This document shows positions 51,764 through 60,831 of a stretch of DNA of 64,000 bases, piece by piece (position 1 is the stretch's first letter; every line of letters begins with the position of its first letter). The notes beneath the pieces were generated by a model. The model ran no database searches. It saw only the letters and a program-made list of their open reading frames with translations, and was not told the origin of the DNA. The translations under genes were made by a program, and so were the position numbers. This stretch comes from Spirochaetes bacterium GWB1_60_80 (lineage in GTDB: Bacteria; Spirochaetota; Spirochaetia; Treponematales; UBA12059): NCBI GenBank assembly GCA_001829185.1, contig MIAR01000032.1:80133-144132 (forward strand), written 5' to 3'.

Positions 51764-51792
51764 TTGCATACTCTGTGGCAATGGTCTAAATT
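51764..51792 (+). promoter_or_regulatory. Candidate promoter for leaderless cheD
   Basis: TTGCAT (51764-51769), 17 nt, TAAATT (51787-51792), 6 nt (ctagat), ATG 51799. Confidence 0.45.
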
Positions 51793-51798
51793 CTAGAT

Positions 51799-52410
51799 AT
51801 GCCGTATCAGGCCCCGCCGCTCAAAGAGCGTTTGATAATCCATCCGGGGAACCACCAGGTAACCAAGGACAAGCTGGTGATGCAAACCCTGCTTGGCTCG
51901 TGCGTCGCTACCTGCCTCTATGATGACCACGCCCACATCGCCGGCATGAATCACTTCATGCTGGCTAACAAACGTTATTCTAAGGACGGGCCAATTGCCA
52001 TTACCGAGGTCGGCCGCTATGGCATCAACGCCATGGAGGTGCTGATCAACGACTTGCTTAAACTGGGCGCCGCCAAAAATCGCCTGAAGGCCAAGGTGTT
52101 TGGCGGCGGCAAGATAATATCGACGGTTGCCCGGGACAATTTCCTGTGCGTCGGCGAGGTTAACCAGCGTTTTGTGCTCGAATTCTTGGACATGGAACGC
52201 ATCCCGGTAACCGCCAAAGACATGGGTGGCGAGTTGGGTCGGGTGATCCATTTCCATACCGATACTTTCAGCGTCTTTCGCCGTTATATCGCCAAGACCC
52301 AGACGGTGCAGGTGGAAAAGACCGAACACTACTATTGGAGCATGGAGATCCAAAGCCACGAGGAAAAGACGGGCACGGTTATCCTGTTTGACAAACCGGC
52401 CCGCTCATAA
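51799..52410 (+). CDS. cheD: Chemoreceptor glutamine deamidase CheD
   Basis: LLGSCVATCLYD, IAGMNHFMLA, AKVFGGG. Confidence 0.8.
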   Translation: MPYQAPPLKERLIIHPGNHQVTKDKLVMQTLLGSCVATCLYDDHAHIAGMNHFMLANKRYSKDGPIAITEVGRYGINAMEVLINDLLKLGAAKNRLKAKVFGGGKIISTVARDNFLCVGEVNQRFVLEFLDMERIPVTAKDMGGELGRVIHFHTDTFSVFRRYIAKTQTVQVEKTEHYYWSMEIQSHEEKTGTVILFDKPARS

Positions 52411-52414
52411 CTGG

Positions 52415-53827
52415 TCAGCGTTTTCGCAGGCAGGACGCGGCGGTATTCAGTTCCAGGAAATTTGTCGAGTCCGTCTTGCCGGCAGCGCCGCCGATTATCA
52501 CCACCAGGTCTTCCTCATCGATCATGCCGCGCTCCACCAAGCTCTTGAGCGATTGGGATACCAGGCTGGAGGCGTTGTCGAAAGTCGGCGACAGCTCGGA
52601 GTAGACGCCAAAAGACAGGGCCAGGCTGCGGACGGTGCTAATCTGGGGGCTGAAGGCGTAAGTCGGCACGTGGGAACGGTAACTGGCCACCACCCGGGCG
52701 ATACTGCCGGTTTCGGTATCGGCGATAATGGCTTTAACGGGCAAACGGATGGCGCTCATGGCCGCGCCGCGGGCCAAGTACAGGCGGACGTGGTTGTAGG
52801 TGGCCTCGCTCTCGATGTGTTCGGCGCGGGGTTTCTGGCTTTCGGCCTGGCGGGCGATCCGGGCCATGGTCTGGACAGCTTCCAGCGGGTACTTGCCATT
52901 GGCCGTCTCGCCGGAGAGCATCAAGGCGTCGGTGCCGTCGAAGACCGCGTTGGCCACGTCCGAGACCTCAGCTCGGGTGGGGCGGGGATGCTCGATCATG
53001 GTGTGCAGCATCTGGGTGGCGGTGATGACCGGCTTACCGCGCTTGATGCAGGAGGCGATGATGAATTTCTGTACGCCGGGCAAGCGCTCAAAGGGAATCT
53101 CGACGCCGAGGTCGCCGCGGGCCACCATAGCGCCGTCGGCATAATCCAGGATTTCCAGGATATTGGTGACGCCTTGGCTGTTCTCGATCTTGGCGATGAT
53201 TCTGGCCTTGCTGCCGTGGCTTTCCAGGATTTTCCGTACTTCGATGATGTCTTCCTTGTTACGCACGAAGGAGTGGGCCACGAAGTCGATAGCATGGGCG
53301 GCTACGAATTTCAGGTAATCGCGGTCCTTGTTGGAAAGGGCTGGAATATGGAGCGGTACATTGGGGACGTTGACGTTTTTACGATCCTTGATGATGCCGT
53401 CGTTCTGTACCTCGCAGAGTAACATGCCCGGCGCGGTTGACTTGACGGCTAATTCGATAGAGCCGTCGTCGATCAGGATGCGAGCGCCTACCGGAACCTC
53501 GCTTACGAAGGCGTCGTAGGAAACATCAAAGCCTTTGCGTAATTCGTCTACCCGCGGAATGGTAACCGTCTCGCCGGTTTTGAGCTCAAGCGGCTTTTCC
53601 AAGCCGCGGACACGCACTTCCGGACCTTTGGTATCGACCAGGATGGCGATATTCGGCGAGACCGACCGGACTGTTTTAACTACAGTGGCCGAGGCTTCCG
53701 GCGTTTGGTGGGCGGTGTTGATGCGCACGACATTCATGCCGGCTTCGTAGAGGGAGCGGATGAAGGCTTCGTCGCAGCGGGAATCGGATATCGTAGCGAC
53801 GATTTTGGTTAGTTTGTTGGCTTGCAT
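52415..53827 (-). CDS. pyk: Pyruvate kinase
   Basis: KLTKIVATI, RINTAH, DTKGPEVR, IIAKIEN, MVARGDLGVEIP, ATQMLHTM. Start at ATG 53827 (residue 8). Confidence 0.9.
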   Translation of the reverse strand: MQANKLTKIVATISDSRCDEAFIRSLYEAGMNVVRINTAHQTPEASATVVKTVRSVSPNIAILVDTKGPEVRVRGLEKPLELKTGETVTIPRVDELRKGFDVSYDAFVSEVPVGARILIDDGSIELAVKSTAPGMLLCEVQNDGIIKDRKNVNVPNVPLHIPALSNKDRDYLKFVAAHAIDFVAHSFVRNKEDIIEVRKILESHGSKARIIAKIENSQGVTNILEILDYADGAMVARGDLGVEIPFERLPGVQKFIIASCIKRGKPVITATQMLHTMIEHPRPTRAEVSDVANAVFDGTDALMLSGETANGKYPLEAVQTMARIARQAESQKPRAEHIESEATYNHVRLYLARGAAMSAIRLPVKAIIADTETGSIARVVASYRSHVPTYAFSPQISTVRSLALSFGVYSELSPTFDNASSLVSQSLKSLVERGMIDEEDLVVIIGGAAGKTDSTNFLELNTAASCLRKR

Positions 53828-53972
53828 GATACCAGTATGGTCGATCACGACCGGCTTGTGAAGTGGCTATAGGCAGGAGCAGCTCGACAAGCGGGTCGCG
53901 CCGCCAAAGTCTAGACGCTTCTCAGAGTGATGATCTTCGGTTAGAATACCCCAACTTTTACAAGGAGCCGGT

Positions 53973-56477
53973 ATGTGTGGAATAGTGTCGTTGATATACA
54001 AGGATGAGGCTGAGAATATGGGGCAGGAGGCGACCGACCTGCTGAAGCGTCTCGAGTATCGGGGTTATGACTCGACCGGCGCCTCGTTCATCGACCGGGA
54101 CCGCAAGATTCTGGTTCTGAAGCGTGTTGGCGCTCCCAGCAAGGTGACCGGCCAGTTGGGTATCCCGAAATGCAAGGGTCAGCGCTTTATCGGGCAGGTA
54201 CGCTGGGCAACCTACGGCGCCGTCACCGATACCAACAGCCAACCGCATCACGTGCGCTGCAAGGTGGAGTTGGTCGGCGCCCATAATGGCAATATTTCCA
54301 ATACCGACAGCCTCAAGGCCGTTCTGACTACGCGCGGCCACAAAGTCGTTTCCGACAACGATGGCGAAATTATCGTGCACCTGATCGAGGATCATTACGC
54401 CGCTAACCGCCAGGATGGCCAAAGCGCCTTGCTGGCAGCCCGGCAGGCTTGGGCGGCAGCCCAGCGAGATGGAACGCTGCCGCAGGACGCGTCGCCTCCG
54501 GCCGACGTGGTACTACTCATGATTGATGCCATCCGCAAGGCCGAGGCCGAAGCCGAGGGATCGTATGCGGCGGCGGTGGCCGACCCCCAGGTGCCCGGCG
54601 TCTTCGCGGTCAAGGCCGGCTCCTCGCTCTACGCCGGAATCGGCCACGATCAGACCGGCGAGTTTGTGGTGGTATCGAGCGACTTGACTTCGGTGCTCAC
54701 CAAGACGCGGTCGCTGATCCCCCTGGCGGAAGGTCAGGGCATCTGGTATACCGAAAATAGCTACCTGATTTTCAGCTTGCATGGCGGCTTGACCTTCTCC
54801 CGGCCGATGCCGCGCCGTTCGAAACTGGATGTGCGCGATATCGGGCTTGATTCCAAGTATGGCTATTACATGGAACAGGAAATATTCTCGGCGCCTGCCA
54901 ACGCCGCCGAGATCATCCGCTACTATTTTTCCAATCCGGAGCTGGATAACCTGGCCCTGGCGCTGGAAGCCGGCAAAACGCAGGTTGAGGCCATCCTGGA
55001 CGAGGTGGCACTCTGTTCCGACTTGGCCGATGACGCCGAATTCAGCGCTGCCTTTGGACGCTTGCTCGCCAAGCCCGAATTCAGCGACCTCTACAAATCC
55101 ATCCACGCCAGCGGTAAAAATGCCATGCTGCTGGAAGGTATAGCCAGCCGCAAGTTCTGTTCGGCCGATGCCCAGCTGCTGCTGCAGGCCGACCGGCTGT
55201 TGCCCGGCCATACCGCCGAGTTGGCCCTCTTGGACCTGGCGGCCTGGTGGCGCAAGAATCACGGGATCCGGCAGGCCTTCGGCGACTGGATGGCAATTCT
55301 GAAGGCGGCCAAGGCGGCTGGTGGCCGGGTGTACTTCATCGCCTCCGGTACCTCCTACCACGCCGCCTTGACGGCTGCGGCCTTCTTCGCCGATCTGGGC
55401 GGTTTGCCGATCTATCCGTGCAATCCCGGCCTGCTGCGCACGGCCTACCTGGAGTGCCTGGCGCCGACTGACCTAGTCGTGGCTATCTCGCAGTCGGGTG
55501 AGACCAAAGATCTGGTCGACATCTTGCAGGAGATCGCCGAGCGCTATCCGAACATCAAGCGGCTGTCGCTGGTAAACAACGAGAACAGCCGCATTCCCCA
55601 AGAGTTGTCCACGCTATATTTACCCCTCTTGTGTGGACCGGAAACGGCTGTGGCGGCTACCAAGTCGTTCATCAATCAGCTAGTGATCCTCTACATCATG
55701 GCAGCTTCCTTCCGTTTACCGGAAGTCGAGATCCGTTCGCGGGTGATACTCATCCAGGACGCTATGCAGCGCAGTCTGGTGGCCTGCGCGTCGGCGATTG
55801 ACGTAGTGGCCAGGCGGTTGTATATGAAGCCGTCGCTACATGTTCTGGGTACCGGCCAGATTGGCCTGGCCAAGGAGGCGGCGCTCAAGATCCGCGAGGT
55901 GGTGCTCAACCATTCCGAAGGCTATGATACTGCCGAGTTCAAGCATGGGCCGAATACCATCCTGGGCCGCAACACCCTGTTCTCGTTCGGCGAGATTGAG
56001 CGCAGCCTGATCTGGCTGGTCGAGCAGTTGAAATCCGGCGCGGTGCGGCTGGACGACCCAAAGTTGGTACAGTCCAGCCTCTCCAATCCGGCCCTGACTG
56101 ACGGGCTGTTCACGGACTATCCCCTGATTTTTGTCTGCCCGCCCGACCAGCGTGCCATGAAGATCACGATCAGCCAGATCCATACCCACAAGATCCGAGG
56201 CGCGGAGATTATCCTGTTTGCCGAGCCGAACGCCGAATTGCGTTTGGCGGCTACCGGTCGGCCGGCCGGTAACGACGACTACCACGCCACCTGCATCGAC
56301 TTGCCAGCCAGTGGCGACAGCCATCGCTTCGTCTTCTCGGCGGCGGTAGCCATGCAGTATCTGGCCCTGCGCATGAGCGTGCACAAAAAGGACTACCTGG
56401 ACAGTCACGGTATCGCCGAACATGGCGTTCATCCGGACGTACCCAAAAACGTCAGCAAGTCCATTACGGTCGATTAA
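53973..56477 (+). CDS. glmS: Glutamine-fructose-6-phosphate aminotransferase-like protein, unusually long (834 aa)
   Basis: N-terminal MCGIVS (class II GATase). Two SIS modules (FIASGTSYHAAL, AISQSGETKD; GTGQIGLAKEAALKIRE). C-terminus NVSKSITVD compared with the canonical KSVTVE. Large extra segments. SD AAGGAG. Confidence 0.75.
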   Translation: MCGIVSLIYKDEAENMGQEATDLLKRLEYRGYDSTGASFIDRDRKILVLKRVGAPSKVTGQLGIPKCKGQRFIGQVRWATYGAVTDTNSQPHHVRCKVELVGAHNGNISNTDSLKAVLTTRGHKVVSDNDGEIIVHLIEDHYAANRQDGQSALLAARQAWAAAQRDGTLPQDASPPADVVLLMIDAIRKAEAEAEGSYAAAVADPQVPGVFAVKAGSSLYAGIGHDQTGEFVVVSSDLTSVLTKTRSLIPLAEGQGIWYTENSYLIFSLHGGLTFSRPMPRRSKLDVRDIGLDSKYGYYMEQEIFSAPANAAEIIRYYFSNPELDNLALALEAGKTQVEAILDEVALCSDLADDAEFSAAFGRLLAKPEFSDLYKSIHASGKNAMLLEGIASRKFCSADAQLLLQADRLLPGHTAELALLDLAAWWRKNHGIRQAFGDWMAILKAAKAAGGRVYFIASGTSYHAALTAAAFFADLGGLPIYPCNPGLLRTAYLECLAPTDLVVAISQSGETKDLVDILQEIAERYPNIKRLSLVNNENSRIPQELSTLYLPLLCGPETAVAATKSFINQLVILYIMAASFRLPEVEIRSRVILIQDAMQRSLVACASAIDVVARRLYMKPSLHVLGTGQIGLAKEAALKIREVVLNHSEGYDTAEFKHGPNTILGRNTLFSFGEIERSLIWLVEQLKSGAVRLDDPKLVQSSLSNPALTDGLFTDYPLIFVCPPDQRAMKITISQIHTHKIRGAEIILFAEPNAELRLAATGRPAGNDDYHATCIDLPASGDSHRFVFSAAVAMQYLALRMSVHKKDYLDSHGIAEHGVHPDVPKNVSKSITVD

Positions 56478-56490
56478 ACGACTAGTTTAC

Positions 56491-56539
56491 CTGACAAAAA
56501 AGCGCCGATCGGGCTTACCGGTCGGCGCTTTTTTGTCAG
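56491..56539. terminator. Bidirectional rho-independent terminator
   Basis: CTGACAAAAAAGCGCCGA-12 nt-GTCGGCGCTTTTTTGTCAG between convergent glmS-like and galU. Confidence 0.8.
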
Positions 56540-56581
56540 CTAGCAATTTCGGACCGGAGGCAGCCCAGCCTAGTCAGCACG

Positions 56582-57418
56582 TCATTTTTTGCGGGCGATG
56601 AAGCTTTCGATGACCTTGCGGGAACCAGCCTGCATCCAGGCGTACTCCAGGATGGCGTCCAGGTAACCGTCCGGCTCGCCGGTATCCAGGCGCAGGCCGT
56701 CCAGCCGTTTCCAGGCCACCTTGTTTTGCCGCATCATCTTCTCCAGCGCGTATAGGTGGTAGTATTCGCCGCCCTGGTGGCGTTGCCAGCCCTCGGCTAG
56801 ATACTGGAAGAATTCGGGCGTATACAGATAGCGGCCGATCGAGATTTCGTGACTGGGTTCACTGCCCGCTTTAGGCTTTTCGACAAAACCCTTCATGTGC
56901 AGACCATCCGGCGCCGGGTCGATGACGCCGTAGCGCGAGACGTCACCCGGTTCATGAACGCTGGACAGCACACAGCAGCCGGTGGCCTCGTAGACGGCGA
57001 TCAGCTGGCGGGCCAGCGGGACCGACCCGAAGTGGATGTCGTCCGGGAAGGCGACCACGCAGGGCTCATTGCCTAGCAGCGGCGCGGCCTGCAACAAAGC
57101 GTGACCGGTACCGCGCATTTCAGTTTGGCGCACGAAAGCGAAGTGGGCTGGCGGCGGTGCCACTAGAGCCAGCTTGTCCGGCTTACCTTCACGCGTAAAA
57201 ATGGCCTGCAGTTCGGCTTCCTGGTCGAAATAATCTTCCAAGCTCTTTTTACGGCGCGAGCTGATGATGATGATCTCGGTGATGCCCGAGGCAATAAACT
57301 CTTCCACGATGAAGGCGATGGCCGGCTTGTTGAGCAGCGGCAGCATCTCCTTGGGGATGGTTTTGGTGACGGGTAAAAAACGGGTGCCGTACCCGGCGGC
57401 GACTATGATACCTTTCAT
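56582..57418 (-). CDS. galU: UTP-glucose-1-phosphate uridylyltransferase
   Basis: MKGIIVAAGYGTRFLPVTKTIPKEMLP, RGTGHAL, VEKP. Confidence 0.9.
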   Translation of the reverse strand: MKGIIVAAGYGTRFLPVTKTIPKEMLPLLNKPAIAFIVEEFIASGITEIIIISSRRKKSLEDYFDQEAELQAIFTREGKPDKLALVAPPPAHFAFVRQTEMRGTGHALLQAAPLLGNEPCVVAFPDDIHFGSVPLARQLIAVYEATGCCVLSSVHEPGDVSRYGVIDPAPDGLHMKGFVEKPKAGSEPSHEISIGRYLYTPEFFQYLAEGWQRHQGGEYYHLYALEKMMRQNKVAWKRLDGLRLDTGEPDGYLDAILEYAWMQAGSRKVIESFIARKK

Positions 57419-57424
57419 GTGCCA

Positions 57425-57453
57425 ATAGTATCCGCTATACCAGCCGTCCGCAA
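57425..57453 (-). promoter_or_regulatory. Candidate promoter for leaderless galU
   Basis: Minus strand: TACTAT (57430-57425), 6 nt (tggcac), ATG 57418. Weak -35 TTGCGG (57453-57448) at 17 nt. The spacer is filled by arm 1 of the 15-bp inverted repeat. Confidence 0.4.
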
Positions 57454-57472
57454 GGGGCGGCTGGTATAGCGG
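57432..57472. promoter_or_regulatory. Perfect 15-bp inverted repeat (candidate operator or structured element) between divergent galU and the trpR-like gene
   Basis: CCGCTATACCAGCCG (57432-57446), 11-nt loop containing cc-GCAA-gg, CGGCTGGTATAGCGG (57458-57472). Confidence 0.6.
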
Positions 57473-57476
57473 TACG

Positions 57477-57513
57477 TTGCCAAAAGCCGGTCAATCGCCT
57501 ACTATAGCGCTAT
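57477..57513 (+). promoter_or_regulatory. Promoter of the leaderless trpR-like gene plus a start-codon-overlapping palindrome
   Basis: TTGCCA (57477-57482), 17 nt, TACTAT (57500-57505), 6 nt, ATG 57512. The 10-bp palindrome ATAGCGCTAT spans 57504-57513. Confidence 0.55.
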
Positions 57514-57817
57514 GAGCGTACAAGACAGTTCGATCGTGGAAGAGAACATCGGCGAGTTGAGCCGTACCCTGGCAATGACCGGCGATGAGCGTTTGATCAG
57601 CGACTTTCTGTACAGCCTGCTTACGCCGGCCGAGGCGGACGAGATTGCCAAACGCTGGGCCTTGGTAAAGCGCCTGGCCGAAGGCGAACCCCAGCGCGCT
57701 ATCGCGGCGGAGTTCGGCATGTCGCTGTGCAAGATCACGCGCGGCTCTCGGGAACTCAAGAAGGCCAACTCGGCTTTCAAGCGCATGCTCGAGCTGGCCG
57801 GCTACCAGGTACCGTGA
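57512..57817 (+). CDS. TrpR-related YerC/YecD-family DNA-binding protein
   Basis: 101 aa. LLTPAEADEIAKRWALVKRLAEGEPQRAIAAEFGMSLCKITRGSRELK is the family HTH pattern. Confidence 0.75.
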   Translation: MSVQDSSIVEENIGELSRTLAMTGDERLISDFLYSLLTPAEADEIAKRWALVKRLAEGEPQRAIAAEFGMSLCKITRGSRELKKANSAFKRMLELAGYQVP

Positions 57818-57838
57818 TGCGGCGGCCGGCCAGCCTGG

Positions 57839-58345
57839 TCAGTCTGCCACTTTCGCGGAAACGATGACCACGTCGGTCTTGGGAACATCATCATGCGGCG
57901 GCCGCGCGCCGGTCGGAACCTTGGCGATGGCGTCGACCGTAGCCAGACCGTCGGTGACCTGGCCGAAGGCGCAGTAGCCCCAGCCGCGCATATCTTTAGC
58001 TGTGAAGTCTAGGCGCTTGTTGTCGACCAGGTTCACGAAAAATTGGCAAGTGGCACTGTCCGGATCGGAGGTGCGGGCCATGGCGATGGTGCCGCGGGCA
58101 TTGTTGACGCCGTTGTCGGCCTCGTTCTTGATGGGTGGGCGGGCTGTTTTTTGTTCCATGCCGGATTTCATGCCGCCGCCCTGGATCATGAAGCCGGGGA
58201 TGATGCGGTGAAAGATGGTGCCGTCGTAAAAACCGTCTTTGACGTATTGCACGAAATTGGCTACCGTCAAGGGACTCTTGTCGGCGAAAAGCTCGAGGCT
58301 GAAGCTTCCGGCGCTGGTTTCGAAGCGGACTACCGGGTTTGCCAT
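57839..58345 (-). CDS. ppiB: Cyclophilin-type peptidyl-prolyl cis-trans isomerase
   Basis: FHRIIPGFMIQGGG, GTIAMART, SATCQFFVN. SD AGGAG. Confidence 0.9.
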   Translation of the reverse strand: MANPVVRFETSAGSFSLELFADKSPLTVANFVQYVKDGFYDGTIFHRIIPGFMIQGGGMKSGMEQKTARPPIKNEADNGVNNARGTIAMARTSDPDSATCQFFVNLVDNKRLDFTAKDMRGWGYCAFGQVTDGLATVDAIAKVPTGARPPHDDVPKTDVVIVSAKVAD

Positions 58346-58431
58346 GCTGGACTCCTGTTATCGATCGGATTGGCCGGACCAAGGGCCGCTAACGGCGCGG
58401 CTGGCAGGTTTTATGATCCGGTTGTGGGCCG

Positions 58432-58461
58432 ATTATAGCCTGAAATTCGTTGGTCTGTCTT
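58432..58461 (-). promoter_or_regulatory. Candidate promoter for the ppiase gene (leadered)
   Basis: Minus strand: AAGACA (58461-58456), 18 nt, TATAAT (58437-58432), about 85-nt leader with SD. Confidence 0.35.
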
Positions 58462-58531
58462 GGGAGTCGGCCGGAATACGGCGGAGTTGGCCTGTATGGC
58501 CATAATGGCGACCAGCTGGTTGGTCGCCTTG

Positions 58532-58939
58532 CTATTCGGGCAGGGGCACTATGCTGTCCAGTTGGGCAGGAATCTCCGGCCGACCCCGGGCGTTGAGGGC
58601 GGTGCCGATGATGCGCGCCGCCATGATAGGCTTGCCGTCCGCCTGGCGGATTATCTCCTGCAGGAAAGCGAATTTCAGGCGTGACAGGCGTTCCATGCGA
58701 ACCGTGACCCTGAAGCTGTCGCCGCTGGTTAACGAGGCCCGGTAATCGAGTTCGGCCCGGATGACGACCAGGTTTAAGCCTTCCCGGCTCAGGCTGGCAA
58801 AGTCAATGGCCAGGCTTTTCAGGTATTCATGGCGGGCGTGTTCGAGATAATTCTGGTAGACACTGTTGTTGACGATGCCCTGCATGTCCAGTTCATAATC
58901 GCGCACCTGCATCTCAAGGCTGAATAAACCGGCTTCCAT
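58532..58939 (-). CDS. 4HBT/YbgC-like acyl-CoA thioesterase
   Basis: 135 aa. VRDYELDMQGIVNNSVYQNYLEHARHEYL hotdog-fold pattern. SD AAGGAGA. Confidence 0.75.
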   Translation of the reverse strand: MEAGLFSLEMQVRDYELDMQGIVNNSVYQNYLEHARHEYLKSLAIDFASLSREGLNLVVIRAELDYRASLTSGDSFRVTVRMERLSRLKFAFLQEIIRQADGKPIMAARIIGTALNARGRPEIPAQLDSIVPLPE

Positions 58940-59050
58940 GGTATCGTCTCCTTGCTGGCGACCAGTCGGCCGCGGAGAGCCAGTCTAGCATTTCCCGGCC
59001 GGCTCTGTCCCCTGCTGGCGGATTGTAGTATACTGGCTTCAGGAGAACCC

Positions 59051-60034
59051 ATGTTCACACCTAAGCAAATTGTCTTCGCGCCGACCGGGGCCTGTAATTT
59101 AAACTGCTCGCATTGTCGGGTCGACCGGTCGCGGGGCGGTAACGGTAGCGCGCTGACGGTGGAGACGGCCGTGGCTTTTCTGGATCAATGTCTGGCCCAT
59201 GAGATCGACCGGGTCGGCTTCTCGGGTGGTGAGCCTTTCCTGGCCATCGATTTCCTCGAGGCCGTCAGCAAGGCCTCGGTGGAGCGCGGCTTCTATTTTG
59301 ACCGCCTGATGACCAACGCTACCTGGTTCGATGATGTCGATACCATGCGCGGCGCCTTGCAGCGCTTGTATGCCGCCGGTTTCGACGGTACCATCGCCGT
59401 CAGCTTCGATAGCTACCACGCGGCGCCGGTGGAAAAGGTGCTGCAGTTCATCAAGGCCGTGACCGGCATCTGGCAACGTGGCGACTGCGTGGAACTGGTC
59501 AGCGTCCTCAATCGCGATGGCACGGCCGCAGTGGTGTATATCGATGAACTGGCCGTCGGGCTTTCTGCCCTGGTAAAGCGCGAGGGCGGCCTGCCCATGG
59601 CCATCCAGGACCAGGCATACCTGGAAACTGTCCGACAAGGGCTGGATGATGGCAGCGGTTTGTATATCCCGATCCTGCTGATGCCATATTCAGCGGCGGC
59701 CGACGACCCGGTGGCCTGGCAAGCTAGCCGCTGGTTCAAAGACGATTACTGCGATGGCCCCGGCAACCTGTTTTTTGTGCATCCGGACGGCGCGGTAGCG
59801 GCCTGTTGCGGTTTCGGCAACGAGAATCCGCAGCTGATCATCGGTACGATCCAGGACAGCTACGAGCGCCTGATGGCCAGCGCCACGGCCAACAGCCATA
59901 TCCGCGACTGTTATGAGAAGGGCTTGGGCCGCAAGCGCCAGGAAATGGAAGCCGCCGGCGTCAAACTGCCAGGCAAGACTGATGACATCTGTTTCTTCTG
60001 CGATTGGCTGTGCCGGCGGGGTACCGCCGAGTGA
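59051..60034 (+). CDS. Radical SAM protein with a Cys-rich C-terminal region
   Basis: CNLNCSHC (CxxxCxxC) near the N-terminus, GGEPF. C-terminal AACCGFGNE and CFFCDWLC. Start at ATG 59051 after AGGAGA. Confidence 0.7.
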   Translation: MFTPKQIVFAPTGACNLNCSHCRVDRSRGGNGSALTVETAVAFLDQCLAHEIDRVGFSGGEPFLAIDFLEAVSKASVERGFYFDRLMTNATWFDDVDTMRGALQRLYAAGFDGTIAVSFDSYHAAPVEKVLQFIKAVTGIWQRGDCVELVSVLNRDGTAAVVYIDELAVGLSALVKREGGLPMAIQDQAYLETVRQGLDDGSGLYIPILLMPYSAAADDPVAWQASRWFKDDYCDGPGNLFFVHPDGAVAACCGFGNENPQLIIGTIQDSYERLMASATANSHIRDCYEKGLGRKRQEMEAAGVKLPGKTDDICFFCDWLCRRGTAE

Positions 60035-60069
60035 GCCGGCCGGCCGGCCGCCGGCAGTCGGCCCTTGGC

Positions 60070-60825
60070 ATGATGACCTGTTGCCTGGTTGTCGGGTTCA
60101 GTCTGCTGGCCTGCCTGAGCGGCGCTCCGCCCGAGCCGGCCGACACCGTAACTGGCGCGACTGTCGACGCGGCCAGCGCGGCGACCGGTCAACAAGGGCG
60201 CTTAGCTGCCAACCCGCGCCAGCTGCAGCCGGCGGAAGTCAGCGATTATCAGGGCCAAAGCCTGTCGCCCCGGGCCGCCCTGCCTGACAACTCGATAGCC
60301 GGTCCCCAGTATCCCGACGCCGTGCATTACCGCTTACGCATCAGCGGCTTGGTGGACCGGCCTCTGGCGCTGCGCTATGAAGAAGTGTTGGCCTTCCCGG
60401 TTGTTAACAAGGTTATAACCCTGAATTGCGTTGAGGGCTGGTCGGCCGATTTGCTGTGGACCGGTGTTTTGCTGGAGAACCTCTTACAGGCGGCTGGCTG
60501 GCAGGAAACGGCCGATACCCTGATATTCGTCTGCCTTGACGGCTACGAGACGACCATGGAACTGGCATGGGCTTTGGAGCGCGATATTATCCTGGCTTGG
60601 GCTACCAATGGCTTAGCGTTGGAACCATGGAACGGCGCGCCTTTTCAGGTGGCGGCCGAGGAGAAATGGGGCTATAAATGGGCCAAGTGGGTTACGGAAA
60701 TAAGGGTAGTGCGCGAGCCTGATTATCGCGGCTATTGGGAGCGGCGCGGTTTTTCGGTAGATGGCACGGTTGGCTGGGGTTATAGCCAACCGGCCGACGA
60801 TAATCAACCGGCCATCCGCAATTGA
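60070..60825 (+). CDS. Small molybdopterin-binding oxidoreductase-like (sulfite-oxidase fold) lipoprotein
   Basis: Lipobox LLAC. ITLNCVEGWSADLLWTGVLLENLL, GYETTMELAWAL, ILAWATNGLALEPWNGAPFQV, KWGYKWAKWVTEIRV. Confidence 0.6.
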   Translation: MMTCCLVVGFSLLACLSGAPPEPADTVTGATVDAASAATGQQGRLAANPRQLQPAEVSDYQGQSLSPRAALPDNSIAGPQYPDAVHYRLRISGLVDRPLALRYEEVLAFPVVNKVITLNCVEGWSADLLWTGVLLENLLQAAGWQETADTLIFVCLDGYETTMELAWALERDIILAWATNGLALEPWNGAPFQVAAEEKWGYKWAKWVTEIRVVREPDYRGYWERRGFSVDGTVGWGYSQPADDNQPAIRN

Positions 60826-60831
60826 GCGGTG

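Noticed and set aside
53849-53972. glmS ribozyme upstream of the glmS-like gene
   Set aside because: None of the conserved ribozyme core segments is recognisable. The region looks like an ordinary promoter plus SD (AAGGAG).
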